A DNA stretch of 64,000 bases, taken from sequence record PQ464590.1; one strand, written 5' to 3'. The notes beneath the pieces are model-generated. The model made no database searches. It was given only the letters and a program-made list of their open reading frames with translations, and was not told where the DNA came from. Positions 46,468 to 56,702 of the stretch are shown piece after piece. Positions within the stretch are counted from its first letter, which is position 1. Each line of letters starts with the position of its first letter. A program made the position numbers and the translations under genes.

Positions 46468-49400
46468 ATGTATTCTATAAAATCTGATCTAGGTGTATTA
46501 GGTAATAGTACATTAGAAAAAGCACTACTCGTTAAAGGCGATGCCATTTTTAAACAAAATGTCACCGTTGAAGGGACTGTGACTTTTGCTGATGCAACTT
46601 TCACCCAACTCACTGTCACTGGCACGGCTGCTTTCGCAGATATTACCGCATCTGGTGACACAACATTAACAAACCTCGCGACAACTGGAAACACTGTTCT
46701 CGGTGATGCAAGTACTGACACCGTTGTAGTTAACGGTACTGCTTCTTTTGCCGCACCAGTTTCACTAGCTGGCGATGTAACCCAAGCGGCTGGTACAGCA
46801 TCATTCAATGATGTAGCTGCTAAAACTCTAACCGTTGATGGTCTTTCTAAGCTTGACGGAAATCTTGAAATGAAACCAACCAGTACTGCTACTCTAGGCG
46901 ATACTGATGTTCAAGACCTAACCGTTAATGGCGTAACCGTAATTAAAGGTACTAGTACTTTTGAAGAGAAAGCAACCTTTGGTGATGTAGAGATTAACGG
47001 TACTCTATCTGGTACTCTAACAATGGAAGATGGCAGTTTCACTAACTTAACTGTTTCCAACGATAGTACTCTAAACAAACTAAGCGTAACTGGTAACGCA
47101 GTTTTCGGTAACAACATTTCTGGTCTAACCAGTACTGCTACCCTAGCTAACGTAACCATGAACGGTCAAGCTGCTATTATCACGTTCAACTACAACGATG
47201 TAGCTAATCCATCCTACATTAAATCAAGTATTCAGCCATACAAAGTTAGTACTCAAGAAATTCAATCTAATATCGCTGATATCACTCGTATTGAAGTAGG
47301 TTCTGAAGCTGATGCTACCAGTACTAATGGTCTACATTCCCTTGGTAAAGCAACTATGGATTACGTTGCAATCAAAGGTAACACCACCATCGGTACTTCA
47401 CAACCACAACTAACTGTTGCTGGTGCATCTGTATTCTCTGGTACAACAACTGTTGGTGATCTAGTAATCACTGGTTCAGTAACTGGTCTAACCTTTGATG
47501 ATATCACTACAAATAACTTGACTGTATCTGGTGCAAGTTCTCTACAGAACGTAACCATGAGTGGGAACCTAACTGCTCTAAACAGTACTGCAACTATTCA
47601 AAACATCACAATGAATGGTCAGTCTGCACTACTAACATTTAACTACACTGATAGTTCTAACCCTTCGTACATCAAATCTAGTATTCAACCTTACAAAGTA
47701 AGTTCTCATGAATTCCAAGGCGATGTGGCTAGTATTCGTGAACTAAGCACTGGTGTTCTAAATGATACTATCATTGGTCACAAAGGTCTAGGTGTGAACG
47801 AGCTAGATTACGTACACGTTAAAGGTAACAGCACAATCGGAACTTCTCGTAAACAGCTAATTGTTGACGGTGACAGCCAATTTGCAGGTACTACAACTGT
47901 TAACAACATCGTAGTAACTGGTACTACTACTGGTATCACTGCGGACGTTGCTGGTGCAGACATTACCCCTAACAGCGTAACTGCAACTGCTGGCGTTGAA
48001 GCTGCAACTCTAGAAAGTACAACTACTACCACTGTTGGTACTGACCTAACTGTACTAAACGGAACTGCGACTATTAAAGATCTAGTTGTTACTGGTACTA
48101 CTACTGGTGTTACCGTTGAAGCAAACGTAGATGGACTAGATATCAAACCTGCTTCGGTTGAAACAACTTCTGATATTATTGCAGGTGCTGATTTAACTGT
48201 TGCTGGTACATTGTCTGGGGCTTCATCTACTGCATTGAAAACCAATTCAATTTCCGTAACTGGTACTGTAAATGTTAGTCAAAATGTGAATGCAGCAGGG
48301 GCTTCCTTTACACAAGCAGGAACTGGTCTAGATGTTACCAACAATGCTCATGTCGGTGGAACACTAACTGTTGATGGAGACACTGCATTCGGTGGCGAAA
48401 CTGGTACTACCACAATTCACGACCTAGTTGTTACTGGTACTACTACTGGTGTTACTGTTGTTGCCGATGTTGATGGTCTAGATATCAAACCTGCTTCAGT
48501 AGAATCTACTGGTATTGTTACTGGTACAAACCTAACTGCATCTGGTACTGTTTCTGGTGCAACCGTTCAAGCTGGTGCATTAACTGTAACGAATGACAGT
48601 ACTGTAGGTGGTGATTTAACCGTAACTGGTACGCTATCTGCTGGTGCTATTGATTTAAGCGGAACTGACATTAGTGCAAATAAACTAACAACTACAACTA
48701 CAGTAGACGTAGGAACTGACCTAACTGTTGGTGGCACTGCAACTGTAACTGGTGCAGCACAGTTTAATAATACACTAACCGTAACTGGTCTTTCTACATT
48801 AGGTGCAGTAACTGCATCCGACGTTCAAGCTTCTGGCACGGCACAAGCAAATTCACTAAATGTTACAACTGATGGTGTAATCGGTGGTGATTTGTCAGTA
48901 ACTGGTACACTAACTGCTGGTACTATTGATTTAGGTGCTGCTGATATCTCTGCAAATAGTCTTACGACTGTTGCTGGTGTTACAGTTGGCTCTGATTTGT
49001 CAGTAGCTGGTAACGTAACTGGTACACTAAAAACTACCAACGTAACTACGAGTGGTACTCTAGGAGTAACTGGTGCTTCCACCCTAGGTTCAGTAACTGC
49101 AACAACTGTTGGTGCTTCAGATCTAAATCTATCAGGTACACTATCTGTTACTGGTGCAGCAACATTCGATGGTGATATCACCTCTTCAACTGAAACTGTT
49201 GCAATTGCAAAAAATACTGCAATTACTGGTGATTTGGCGGTTTCTGGCACACTAACTGCTGGATCAATTGACCTAAGTGGTACTGCAATTAATGCTGCAT
49301 CACTTGATACTACTGGAAATGCTCATGTTGGTGGTGATTTAACAGTAGATGGCACTTTCGACCTATCTGGTACTGACCTAGCAGCAGCTTCACTTGCAAG

Positions 49401-50955
49401 TGCTGGTAACACTACTGTAGGTTCTGCATTGGTACTAACTACTGGTACTGTAACTGGTTCACCTTCTATTTCTGGTACACTAACTGTTGCTGGTGCATCA
49501 ACTGTTGCAGATTTAGCTGTTGGTGGTACAATTACTAAAGCTGGTGGCGGTAATCTTGCAATTACTCCTAGCACCGATTTCGCTGGTGATGTAGCCGTAG
49601 CTGGTGATGTAACCGTAACTGGTACTCTAACACCATCTGGTGGTTTAGACCTAAGTTCTGCTGATATCACAGCTAATAGCTTGAGTGTTGCTCAAGGTGT
49701 GGAAACTACTCAAAATGCAACCATCGGAACTTCATTAACTGTTGGAACCACGCTAGGCGTAACTGGTGCAAGTACATTGTCTGGTGGTGTAACTACTACT
49801 ACTGTATCTGCTTCTGGTCTAGTATCTGCTGGAACTCTAACCAGTACTGGAATCGCAACCCTAAGTGGTGGTGTAACTACTACTACTGTATCTGCTTCTG
49901 GTCGTGTAACTTCTATCGAAGCACAAGTTGGTGCTGGTTCATTCGACACTAACTACAAATTGAACGTGAATGGTAACAGTATCTTCAACGGTGATGTATT
50001 CATTGCTGGTAGATTGAACGGTACTATCGACCTAAGTGGCGTTGACTTGAACCCACGTAACGTAACTGCGTCTGGTAACGGTTCATTTGCTGGTACATTG
50101 TCTTCTGGTGATACGTTTACTGCTCCTACTGGTATCTTTGGTGTTGAAGGAAGCGTAAACAACAGTCTACAAGTTAACGGTAACGTTGTTGCAACAGGTG
50201 ACTTCGAAGTTGGTGGTGTAATTAAAGGTACTCTTGACCAATCTGCTGCTGCTGTTACAGTAGGTTCTCTCGAAACTGCTCTAGCTGGTGGTATTACTAT
50301 TGGTGGAAACGGTCCTCTAGTTCTTGGTTCAGGAGGTATCATTACTGGTGCTCCAGTAATAAGTGGCAACACTACTGTTGGTGGTACATTCACCAGTACT
50401 GGTCTAGCTACTCTAAACGGTGGACTAACCGTAACCGGAACAACAACTCTAGGTTCTACAACTTTAGGTGCTACAACTGCTGCAAGCCTATCTGTTACTG
50501 GTATTAGTACTTTAAGTGGCAACACTACTGTTGGTGGTACTCTAGATGTAACTGGTAAAACCACTGTTGCTGATCTAGAAATCACTGGTACTCTAACTAC
50601 TAATGTCGCTGATTTGGTAACTGACTCTGTTAGTACTAAGCGTTATACTGTTAAACCAATGAACGTAGAAACTACAGTAACTTCAGGTTCTTGGACTCCA
50701 GATGGTACAAGTAACGTTTACAACGTAACAGTAACCGGAGCGACTCAGATTGGTAACATGCCTAACCCAAGTGGTGAAGCTGGTTCTTGGTTCATTTACT
50801 TGACCAATACCGATGGCGGTGCAATCAGTATGGGTTCTGCTTATGCACAACCTTTAGGAGAATGGGGTACTACTCCAGGTGGCGTAACTATCTGTCAAAT
50901 CGTGTACTGCGGTGTTGGCTCAATTTACGATGTATTCCTATCACAACGTGCTTAA
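46468..50955 (+). CDS. Long repetitive T/G/V/S-rich fibre protein (~1495 aa)
   Basis: Short beta-strand repeats (L.V.G..T..G.L.V.G) with internal duplications and a distinct C-terminal domain; late promoter at 46407-46412; GGAGG SD before ATG 46468. Confidence 0.8.
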   Translation: MYSIKSDLGVLGNSTLEKALLVKGDAIFKQNVTVEGTVTFADATFTQLTVTGTAAFADITASGDTTLTNLATTGNTVLGDASTDTVVVNGTASFAAPVSLAGDVTQAAGTASFNDVAAKTLTVDGLSKLDGNLEMKPTSTATLGDTDVQDLTVNGVTVIKGTSTFEEKATFGDVEINGTLSGTLTMEDGSFTNLTVSNDSTLNKLSVTGNAVFGNNISGLTSTATLANVTMNGQAAIITFNYNDVANPSYIKSSIQPYKVSTQEIQSNIADITRIEVGSEADATSTNGLHSLGKATMDYVAIKGNTTIGTSQPQLTVAGASVFSGTTTVGDLVITGSVTGLTFDDITTNNLTVSGASSLQNVTMSGNLTALNSTATIQNITMNGQSALLTFNYTDSSNPSYIKSSIQPYKVSSHEFQGDVASIRELSTGVLNDTIIGHKGLGVNELDYVHVKGNSTIGTSRKQLIVDGDSQFAGTTTVNNIVVTGTTTGITADVAGADITPNSVTATAGVEAATLESTTTTTVGTDLTVLNGTATIKDLVVTGTTTGVTVEANVDGLDIKPASVETTSDIIAGADLTVAGTLSGASSTALKTNSISVTGTVNVSQNVNAAGASFTQAGTGLDVTNNAHVGGTLTVDGDTAFGGETGTTTIHDLVVTGTTTGVTVVADVDGLDIKPASVESTGIVTGTNLTASGTVSGATVQAGALTVTNDSTVGGDLTVTGTLSAGAIDLSGTDISANKLTTTTTVDVGTDLTVGGTATVTGAAQFNNTLTVTGLSTLGAVTASDVQASGTAQANSLNVTTDGVIGGDLSVTGTLTAGTIDLGAADISANSLTTVAGVTVGSDLSVAGNVTGTLKTTNVTTSGTLGVTGASTLGSVTATTVGASDLNLSGTLSVTGAATFDGDITSSTETVAIAKNTAITGDLAVSGTLTAGSIDLSGTAINAASLDTTGNAHVGGDLTVDGTFDLSGTDLAAASLASAGNTTVGSALVLTTGTVTGSPSISGTLTVAGASTVADLAVGGTITKAGGGNLAITPSTDFAGDVAVAGDVTVTGTLTPSGGLDLSSADITANSLSVAQGVETTQNATIGTSLTVGTTLGVTGASTLSGGVTTTTVSASGLVSAGTLTSTGIATLSGGVTTTTVSASGRVTSIEAQVGAGSFDTNYKLNVNGNSIFNGDVFIAGRLNGTIDLSGVDLNPRNVTASGNGSFAGTLSSGDTFTAPTGIFGVEGSVNNSLQVNGNVVATGDFEVGGVIKGTLDQSAAAVTVGSLETALAGGITIGGNGPLVLGSGGIITGAPVISGNTTVGGTFTSTGLATLNGGLTVTGTTTLGSTTLGATTAASLSVTGISTLSGNTTVGGTLDVTGKTTVADLEITGTLTTNVADLVTDSVSTKRYTVKPMNVETTVTSGSWTPDGTSNVYNVTVTGATQIGNMPNPSGEAGSWFIYLTNTDGGAISMGSAYAQPLGEWGTTPGGVTICQIVYCGVGSIYDVFLSQRA

Positions 50956-50972
50956 TATAAAGGAGAAGCCAA

Positions 50973-51605
50973 ATGATTTACTTGCTAGTAGATAAAGATC
51001 AAACGACCCAGGAATGGGTCGTTCTAAAAACAATTACATATCCAATTAACGTCCGTGGTCTTTCTGGTGTCATCTATGGTGACATCAGAGTTCTAACCCT
51101 TGAAGAGCGTAAAGCTGAGGGATTTTGGACCCAAGTAGATGTTTATGAAGATAATGGAGAGTTCAAAGAATTCTCTAGTAAAGATGTTACCTTTAATGAA
51201 GAAACTGCTGAAATGGTAAACACTTATCATTATGTTCTAATGGATCTAGACATCATCAAAGAAGAACTAAAAAATCGTGTGATTAATCACCGTGAATCTC
51301 TTCTAATTGGTGGTTTTACTAAAGATGGAAAAGTTTATAGTACTACATATGATGCACGCGTTCTGTTACAAGGATTCGTTCTAGAAAGTATGATTAATAC
51401 TGAGCTTGCCGAAGTGACTATTCGTTTACCTGATGACACTGATTCTACACTAACAGTTCAAGAATTGAAAGACCTAGTTAGTGAATTGTATTCTTATACC
51501 GAATCGTTATTCATTAAAGAAAGCACTATTCGTAGTAACATTGATAATGCTACCGACTATGATGCAGTTCGTGCAGCAGCAGTGTGGGACGATATCCCAC
51601 TTTAA
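50973..51605 (+). CDS. Tail fibre assembly chaperone-like protein (DUF4376-like C-terminus)
   Basis: Follows the fibre gene; K..LK..V..HR..L..GGF..DG..Y.T....R..L.G and ..A..YDAV.A..W patterns. Confidence 0.6.
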   Translation: MIYLLVDKDQTTQEWVVLKTITYPINVRGLSGVIYGDIRVLTLEERKAEGFWTQVDVYEDNGEFKEFSSKDVTFNEETAEMVNTYHYVLMDLDIIKEELKNRVINHRESLLIGGFTKDGKVYSTTYDARVLLQGFVLESMINTELAEVTIRLPDDTDSTLTVQELKDLVSELYSYTESLFIKESTIRSNIDNATDYDAVRAAAVWDDIPL

Positions 51606-51612
51606 TACATAT

Positions 51613-51640
51613 AGGTCAACTTCGGTTGGCCTTTTCTTTT
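51613..51640 (+). terminator. Intrinsic terminator
   Basis: AGGTCAAC-ttcg-GTTGGCCT followed by a T-rich tract. Confidence 0.75.
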
Positions 51641-51689
51641 GTCTGAACCAAATAAATACTTGATATAAATCTATTCAAAGGACAAATTA

Positions 51690-53594
51690 ATGGCTAGTGT
51701 ATATAGAATTAAAGGGGCTGGCGGTGTAGTCATTGAAAGTAATACTTTCTTAGAACTCCCAAAGGCTACACAGCAAACTACCTCTGATACCAAACGTGAA
51801 GGTATGATCCGTTATAACACTGCTTGGTCTGCATTTGAAGGTGTAATTAAATTCACTGACGGATCAGTAGCGTATCGTAGATTTGCACAGTTAGATAATA
51901 ACGGTCGTCTATTGACCTCACAGCTTCCAGACAGCGTTACAAGCGGACTAGAGTACGTAGGTACATACTCACCACTATCGGACGACATAGACCCTCCTAT
52001 GACGGCTGGTGTGTACACAGCACTTCCTATGTCATCCAGTACTAACTTAGGGGATTACTACATTATTCGTGGCATTATGGATGCTGCTCAAGCACACTAT
52101 ACTGCAAATAACCCTACTACCGCAACAGTAACTTTTACACCTACTAACCCAAGTGGTCAAGGTAACTGGTTACAAATAAAATACTACGTGGATGCAAATC
52201 CATCAGTTCCAGGAACTAAAATGGTTTCAGCAGCGTTCGGAAGATTAGTTACTCCAATTCCTGCTGGTCATGATGGTTTAACTTCCTTAGCAACTGACCC
52301 TGAATTAACCGCTGCATTCTCTGCTAGCAGTACTATTGGTACTGAAAAAGCATTAACTGATGGTGATTGGGTTATCATGACTACGAACAAAGTTCAACGT
52401 CTTCGTAATACCCGCGTAAGTATTCTTGCGAGTTCAGTATCTTATGATAATTCAATCATAAATGGTTCTGGTCGTCGTACATCATCCTCTGGTGGAACAG
52501 TACAGACAGTCATCGATACCATCCTTCTGGACGGCCTACGTCGCACAGGAGACTCTATGGTGAACGATGGCAGCATAGGCAAGGGAAGGTTCGCTGTAGT
52601 GTATGGTACTGCCACTGAGCCGTCTATTGCGTTTAATGACGCTGCTTATAACCCAACGAGCAACCCAGGAACTGATCCAACGAAATGGACTGATACAAGA
52701 ACTGGTATTTTCCGTCAAGCTGCTGGTAGTATTGGTTTAACTTCCAATGGTACTGAACGTTTACGTGTTGATACAGTAGGTCTTAAACTATTCCAAGGCT
52801 CAGGTGTTAACCAAGTAAGTAACCCAGCTATTCAAATTAGCGGCACTGGAAACACTGTTCCTGCTGGCATAACTGCACTGAACAACATAATTTACCTCAC
52901 AACTAATGGTAAATCTCAAGTTGAAATCGCAGATGGTACAAGTACTTTCAACTACAACGTAACAATTAAAGGTAATACTATTATCGGTGATGCAAGTACT
53001 GATACGTTGAGTGTAAACGCTACTAGTACTTTTGCAGCTAATAGTACATTTAATGGCACTAGTAATCGGTTCAAGAATATTAACATGATGCCAGCAGGTA
53101 TTCTAACCTTTGAACATGCTACCACATCCACGGCAATTGTGCAAGAAACTGGTAATTTTAGATTAAACATGTCCTCTTTTGCTGATGTAACGATTTATGA
53201 TGGTGCAACTATCCGTACTCGTTTCAACCGCTATGGCGTTCAACTTCCAGTACTAAACCCTATTAACAATGCTGTTGGTGTCGATGGTATGATCGCATTC
53301 AGCCCACAGCGTAACACTGTTATGCAAAAGGCTAATGGTCAGTGGACTACTGTTAGTGGTGGTGGTGTTGAACAATCATTTACTACTGCATCATGGGTAC
53401 TAAGTGGTTCTAACTATACTTACACTATTACTGGTGCAAATATACAAAGTATTCAAGTACAAGAAGCGGTAGGAGCAAACTTCAACCAAGTAGAAGTTGA
53501 TAGTGTTGTTATTTCTGCAAGCAATGCAGTGATAAGTATACCGAGTTCACCTGATGTTCGTTTCGCAGGTCGTGTAATCATAACTTATAGATAA
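51690..53594 (+). CDS. Tail fibre/virion protein (634 aa)
   Basis: LELP..T.......EGMIRYNT....FEG, LDNNGRL.TSQLP, G.A.EPSIAF....TGIFR.....IGL.SNG.ERLR and DGMIAF motifs typical of myovirus fibres; late promoter at 51653-51658. Confidence 0.7.
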   Translation: MASVYRIKGAGGVVIESNTFLELPKATQQTTSDTKREGMIRYNTAWSAFEGVIKFTDGSVAYRRFAQLDNNGRLLTSQLPDSVTSGLEYVGTYSPLSDDIDPPMTAGVYTALPMSSSTNLGDYYIIRGIMDAAQAHYTANNPTTATVTFTPTNPSGQGNWLQIKYYVDANPSVPGTKMVSAAFGRLVTPIPAGHDGLTSLATDPELTAAFSASSTIGTEKALTDGDWVIMTTNKVQRLRNTRVSILASSVSYDNSIINGSGRRTSSSGGTVQTVIDTILLDGLRRTGDSMVNDGSIGKGRFAVVYGTATEPSIAFNDAAYNPTSNPGTDPTKWTDTRTGIFRQAAGSIGLTSNGTERLRVDTVGLKLFQGSGVNQVSNPAIQISGTGNTVPAGITALNNIIYLTTNGKSQVEIADGTSTFNYNVTIKGNTIIGDASTDTLSVNATSTFAANSTFNGTSNRFKNINMMPAGILTFEHATTSTAIVQETGNFRLNMSSFADVTIYDGATIRTRFNRYGVQLPVLNPINNAVGVDGMIAFSPQRNTVMQKANGQWTTVSGGGVEQSFTTASWVLSGSNYTYTITGANIQSIQVQEAVGANFNQVEVDSVVISASNAVISIPSSPDVRFAGRVIITYR

Positions 53595-53595
53595 T

Positions 53596-53629
53596 AAAAA
53601 AGGAGCCTATAAAGGCTCCTTTCTTTTTT
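53596..53629. terminator. Bidirectional terminator between convergent genes
   Basis: A6-GGAGCCT-ataa-AGGCTCC followed by a T-rich tract. Confidence 0.85.
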
Positions 53630-53648
53630 ATACCAAATGTGAAGTTCA

Positions 53649-54581
53649 TTATACCGCCATTGGTGCTTTGATTGTCGCATCTGGATCGTAATTCAGTAAC
53701 TTGAATGAATCCATAGTGAAGGAATCAATATCAGTAACGGTACTGTCAATCCATAATTCAGGTAGTTCTTTCGGTGTACGAGATAGCTGCTCTTTCACCT
53801 GTTCTACGTGGTTGGAATAGATATGACAATCACCACCCATCCAAATGAACTCACCAACATCTAGACCAAGTACTTGTGCTAACATGTGAGTTAGTAATGA
53901 ATAGCTTGCAATATTGAACGGTACACCAAGGAACAGGTCAGCACTGCGTTGATATAGAGTACATGATAGCTTACCATCTACTACAAAGAACTGGCTGAAG
54001 CTGTGGCATGGTGGGAGTGCCATTTTATCTAAGTCACCAACGTTCCATGCGGAAAGGATGTGACGACGACCGAATGGATCGTTCTTTAGGCCATCTAACA
54101 GTACTGCAATCTGGTCAATAGTACGTTGCATAATGTACATACCACTGATGGTTTGTTCAACCATTTCATAACCCATTTCAGTATGTTTTACTACTTCGTT
54201 GTAAATTCCTGGAAGAATTACCACATCACGCCATTCCCGCCATTGTTTACCATATACTGGACCTAGTTCACCATCTAAGTACCCTAGAGCTACACCCTGA
54301 TTCCGATAGTTGTCAGTCCAGATTGTGCGTTTCTCTTCATCGCGAGTACCATGTAGAATTTCACAAAGTCTACGTTCGTCATGGGAACCTTCGAGGAACC
54401 ATAGTAGTTCAGAGGACATTGCTTTCCAAGCTAAACGTTTAGTTGTTGTTGCTGGGAATCCTTTCTGAAGATCGAAACGCATAGTTTGACCAATTAGTTT
54501 GTAGGTTCCGGTTCCAGTACGGTCTTTGCTAAAAGTACCATTAGCTAGTACGTTCTTGTACAGATCGTGTAGTTGTTGCAT
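53649..54581 (-). CDS. thyA: Thymidylate synthase ThyA
   Basis: Motifs [48 protein letters not shown] and GDCHIYSNH. Confidence 0.97.
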   Translation of the reverse strand: MQQLHDLYKNVLANGTFSKDRTGTGTYKLIGQTMRFDLQKGFPATTTKRLAWKAMSSELLWFLEGSHDERRLCEILHGTRDEEKRTIWTDNYRNQGVALGYLDGELGPVYGKQWREWRDVVILPGIYNEVVKHTEMGYEMVEQTISGMYIMQRTIDQIAVLLDGLKNDPFGRRHILSAWNVGDLDKMALPPCHSFSQFFVVDGKLSCTLYQRSADLFLGVPFNIASYSLLTHMLAQVLGLDVGEFIWMGGDCHIYSNHVEQVKEQLSRTPKELPELWIDSTVTDIDSFTMDSFKLLNYDPDATIKAPMAV

Positions 54582-54831
54582 GTGCTATCCTTAGTTCAAA
54601 TATTTCCTTTCTCAACTCATAAATTTGTGCGTTGAGTACATCAATTTTATTTCCAAAAGTATCTACTAGTCGGTCAATATGTTCGGAATGTTCACGGTTT
54701 AGACGGTCAGCTACACTTACTTCGGCAGCATCATAACCATCAGAGAATCCGTCTTTGTAACCATCGCGTATTCCATCGTTAGTACCTTCATCATACCCAC
54801 GTTCATATCCCTCATTGTAATCTTCGCTCAT
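54541..54831 (-). CDS. Hypothetical protein with G-x3-G repeats (FliH-like low complexity)
   Basis: [29 protein letters not shown] followed by a coiled coil; coupled to the upstream gene. Confidence 0.65.
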   Translation of the reverse strand: MSEDYNEGYERGYDEGTNDGIRDGYKDGFSDGYDAAEVSVADRLNREHSEHIDRLVDTFGNKIDVLNAQIYELRKEIFELRIAHATTTRSVQERTS

Positions 54832-54834
54832 AAC

Positions 54835-55422
54835 TCACCTGAAGAGTGATACAAATGAATCCATTTGTTTTTGTGTCGTTTCGCGGGAACCTATACCTGT
54901 CCAATTACCATGTGGTGTTGGAACTTCCAGTACTGCTACGAATTCTTTTACATTGTAATCGTAGTAGTATGCTTGCTTAGCGTACGGGTCATAACAATAT
55001 ATTTCAGGTTCTTCATACTGGTCGATGTACATTTGTATTGCCCATGCAGTGCCACCAGCAACTTGTGTTGGCGAAACAACTTCTGCAATGCAATATACTC
55101 GTTCAGTTAGTAGAACTTGAAAACTGTTTCGTGCCAATAGGTTGTACACATATGTACCAGGCTTAGGAACAGAACGCCCCAGAGACTGATTGGCTTTCTT
55201 TAGTTTGTCTTTTACTGTTGGGTCTTGAAGAACTGAATTAGGCAACTTCAGTACTGTATCGTCTGATACATGGTACTTGTGTTTGTCGAATGAGAAATGA
55301 ATTTCTTGGAAACCATTCTCCGAAGCCCAGATACCAAAAAGGCGGTCAGCACCTTCTGCCCCGCCACTATAACAGACATTATTCAGACTCTTCAAACTAT
55401 CATAAAGTTCATCATTAGTCAT
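54835..55422 (-). CDS. SLOG-superfamily (YpsA/LOG-like) nucleotide-binding protein
   Basis: SGGAEGAD glycine-rich loop, LARN and GGTAWA motifs. Confidence 0.7.
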   Translation of the reverse strand: MTNDELYDSLKSLNNVCYSGGAEGADRLFGIWASENGFQEIHFSFDKHKYHVSDDTVLKLPNSVLQDPTVKDKLKKANQSLGRSVPKPGTYVYNLLARNSFQVLLTERVYCIAEVVSPTQVAGGTAWAIQMYIDQYEEPEIYCYDPYAKQAYYYDYNVKEFVAVLEVPTPHGNWTGIGSRETTQKQMDSFVSLFR

Positions 55423-55705
55423 CTTTGTTTTCCAGTTTAGAAAGTAATTCTTTCACTTTTGTATCTTCGAGTGAATAGCTAGTTTCTAATGCAGCTAGTA
55501 GTACTGCTGAAGTACGGATAAGTGATTCTCTGAACTCTTCGAACGTAACATGTTTATCAGAACGGCTTGCACCCTCAAAAAGATAATAGGCTGCAAGTGC
55601 AGCCCAATCGTTTTTAGTTTTGTGCACATCAGACAGAGTATTTGGGTTCTCTGCCTGACGATTGCGTTCCGCGATAATCATTTCTAAAATCTCATCGCGT
55701 GTCAT
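55415..55705 (-). CDS. MazG-like all-alpha fold protein, degenerate
   Basis: I.AERNRQ...ND.W....(YYLFE)...ESLIRTSAVLLAALE resembles small phage MazG-like proteins, but the acidic EExxE cluster is altered. Confidence 0.5.
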   Translation of the reverse strand: MTRDEILEMIIAERNRQAENPNTLSDVHKTKNDWAALAAYYLFEGASRSDKHVTFEEFRESLIRTSAVLLAALETSYSLEDTKVKELLSKLENKDD

Positions 55706-55709
55706 ATTA

Positions 55710-56366
55710 TTACGCCTTACGTGCAGCTAGTTCTTTCTTCACAGCTTCAATTGCTTTAGTCTGTGATATACCTTCTGGTAGTTCAATGTAGAACACTTTA
55801 CGTTCAGCATCAGCTTGAGGTGCTTCAGAAGGGCGACGGGTTGGGTCGATAGCGTATGCACGTTCAAAGGTTTCCTTTGAAAGCTGTGCGTACTGTTCAG
55901 CGTCCGCTAGAAGACGATCAACGATAGTATTACGTTCAACACTATCATCATCAACTTTTGGTTTGAATGGGTTGTATTCGGATACAGTACCGTCTTTGTG
56001 AGCTTTAGGAGCAGCTTGTTCTGCGATGCTAGCATTTAGCTCTTCTAGACAAATTTTGTTACCGTTTCCTACGTGCATGTCAATGTCACAAGTGCGTTGT
56101 TTACGAATATAACCGTAACCATGAAGAACATCAAGCATTTTACGTTGGTCCAAATAACCAATCTTGTCCATTACTTCCCATAGGTCAATGGAGTCTTGAC
56201 CACGCCCCATGATTAGCTCAGTAACTGCGTAGTTGTATACTTCTGGAATTGAATCACGGTAGATAACTAGGCAGTGCTTAGGATCATCAGGAATTTCACG
56301 CCATACAACGAAAACTCGTGAACCAGTACTGCGAACTACACCTTCATGGCGGGTAATCTTACTCAT
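55710..56366 (-). CDS. Conserved-looking hypothetical protein
   Basis: Start moved to MSKITRHEG at 56366 (GGTG SD); HEG.VRSTG.RVFVVWRE.P.DP.HCLVI motif; function unknown. Confidence 0.7.
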   Translation of the reverse strand: MSKITRHEGVVRSTGSRVFVVWREIPDDPKHCLVIYRDSIPEVYNYAVTELIMGRGQDSIDLWEVMDKIGYLDQRKMLDVLHGYGYIRKQRTCDIDMHVGNGNKICLEELNASIAEQAAPKAHKDGTVSEYNPFKPKVDDDSVERNTIVDRLLADAEQYAQLSKETFERAYAIDPTRRPSEAPQADAERKVFYIELPEGISQTKAIEAVKKELAARKA

Positions 56367-56592
56367 TATCACCACCCTTTTCTGCTGCTTCTGCTGCTTC
56401 TGCTGCTTCAACAGCAGCATTGTGCTCAGCGATAACTGCATTACTGAACTTGATAAAACGTTCAACAACTGGTGCAACTTTCACTAGGTCTTCAACACTG
56501 AAAGCATTAGCTTGGATAGCAGCTTCCATGATTTTGGTAGCATTGATAATGTCAACCACTTCTAGACTGTGTTGGGTATTTTCTTCACTCAT
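56359..56592 (-). CDS. Small hypothetical protein
   Basis: GGAG SD before ATG 56592; first gene after promoter copy 4. Confidence 0.7.
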   Translation of the reverse strand: MSEENTQHSLEVVDIINATKIMEAAIQANAFSVEDLVKVAPVVERFIKFSNAVIAEHNAAVEAAEAAEAAEKGGDNE

Positions 56593-56628
56593 TTTATACA
56601 CTCCATGTATTATTGTTGTTACATACTT

Positions 56629-56658
56629 ATTATATCACATTTTTCGGGTCCATCCCAA
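56629..56658 (-). promoter_or_regulatory. Conserved phage promoter, copy 4 (drives the operon ending in thyA)
   Basis: TTGGGATGGACCCGAAAAATGTGATATAAT. Confidence 0.75.
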
Positions 56659-56690
56659 AAAAAATAAAGGCGTGAATTGAAATTCACGCC
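56657..56690 (-). terminator. Intrinsic terminator after the vWA gene
   Basis: GGCGTGAAT-ttca-ATTCACGCC followed by TTTATTTTTTTT on the minus strand. Confidence 0.8.
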
Positions 56691-56702
56691 AGTATTTACT
56701 AA

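Noticed and set aside
47140-49903. Fibre-gene repeats as a DGR template/variable repeat or a CRISPR array
   Set aside because: Repeats are in-frame coding units, differences are not adenine-specific, there are no unique spacers, and no reverse transcriptase or cas genes were seen.
46464-50585. Many plus-strand-gene antisense ORFs within the repetitive fibre gene
   Set aside because: They mirror ACT/GGT/GTA codon repeats and lack start signals.
53649-54581. thyA as an intron-containing gene or a dCMP hydroxymethylase (modified-base clue)
   Set aside because: The ORF is continuous, and the specificity residue is Asn (PFNIASY), typical of dUMP-specific ThyA.
54720-54825. 12-nt periodic repeats in the G-x3-G protein gene
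   Set aside because: Explained by a common low-complexity peptide motif (GY.EG); no DNA-level function indicated.
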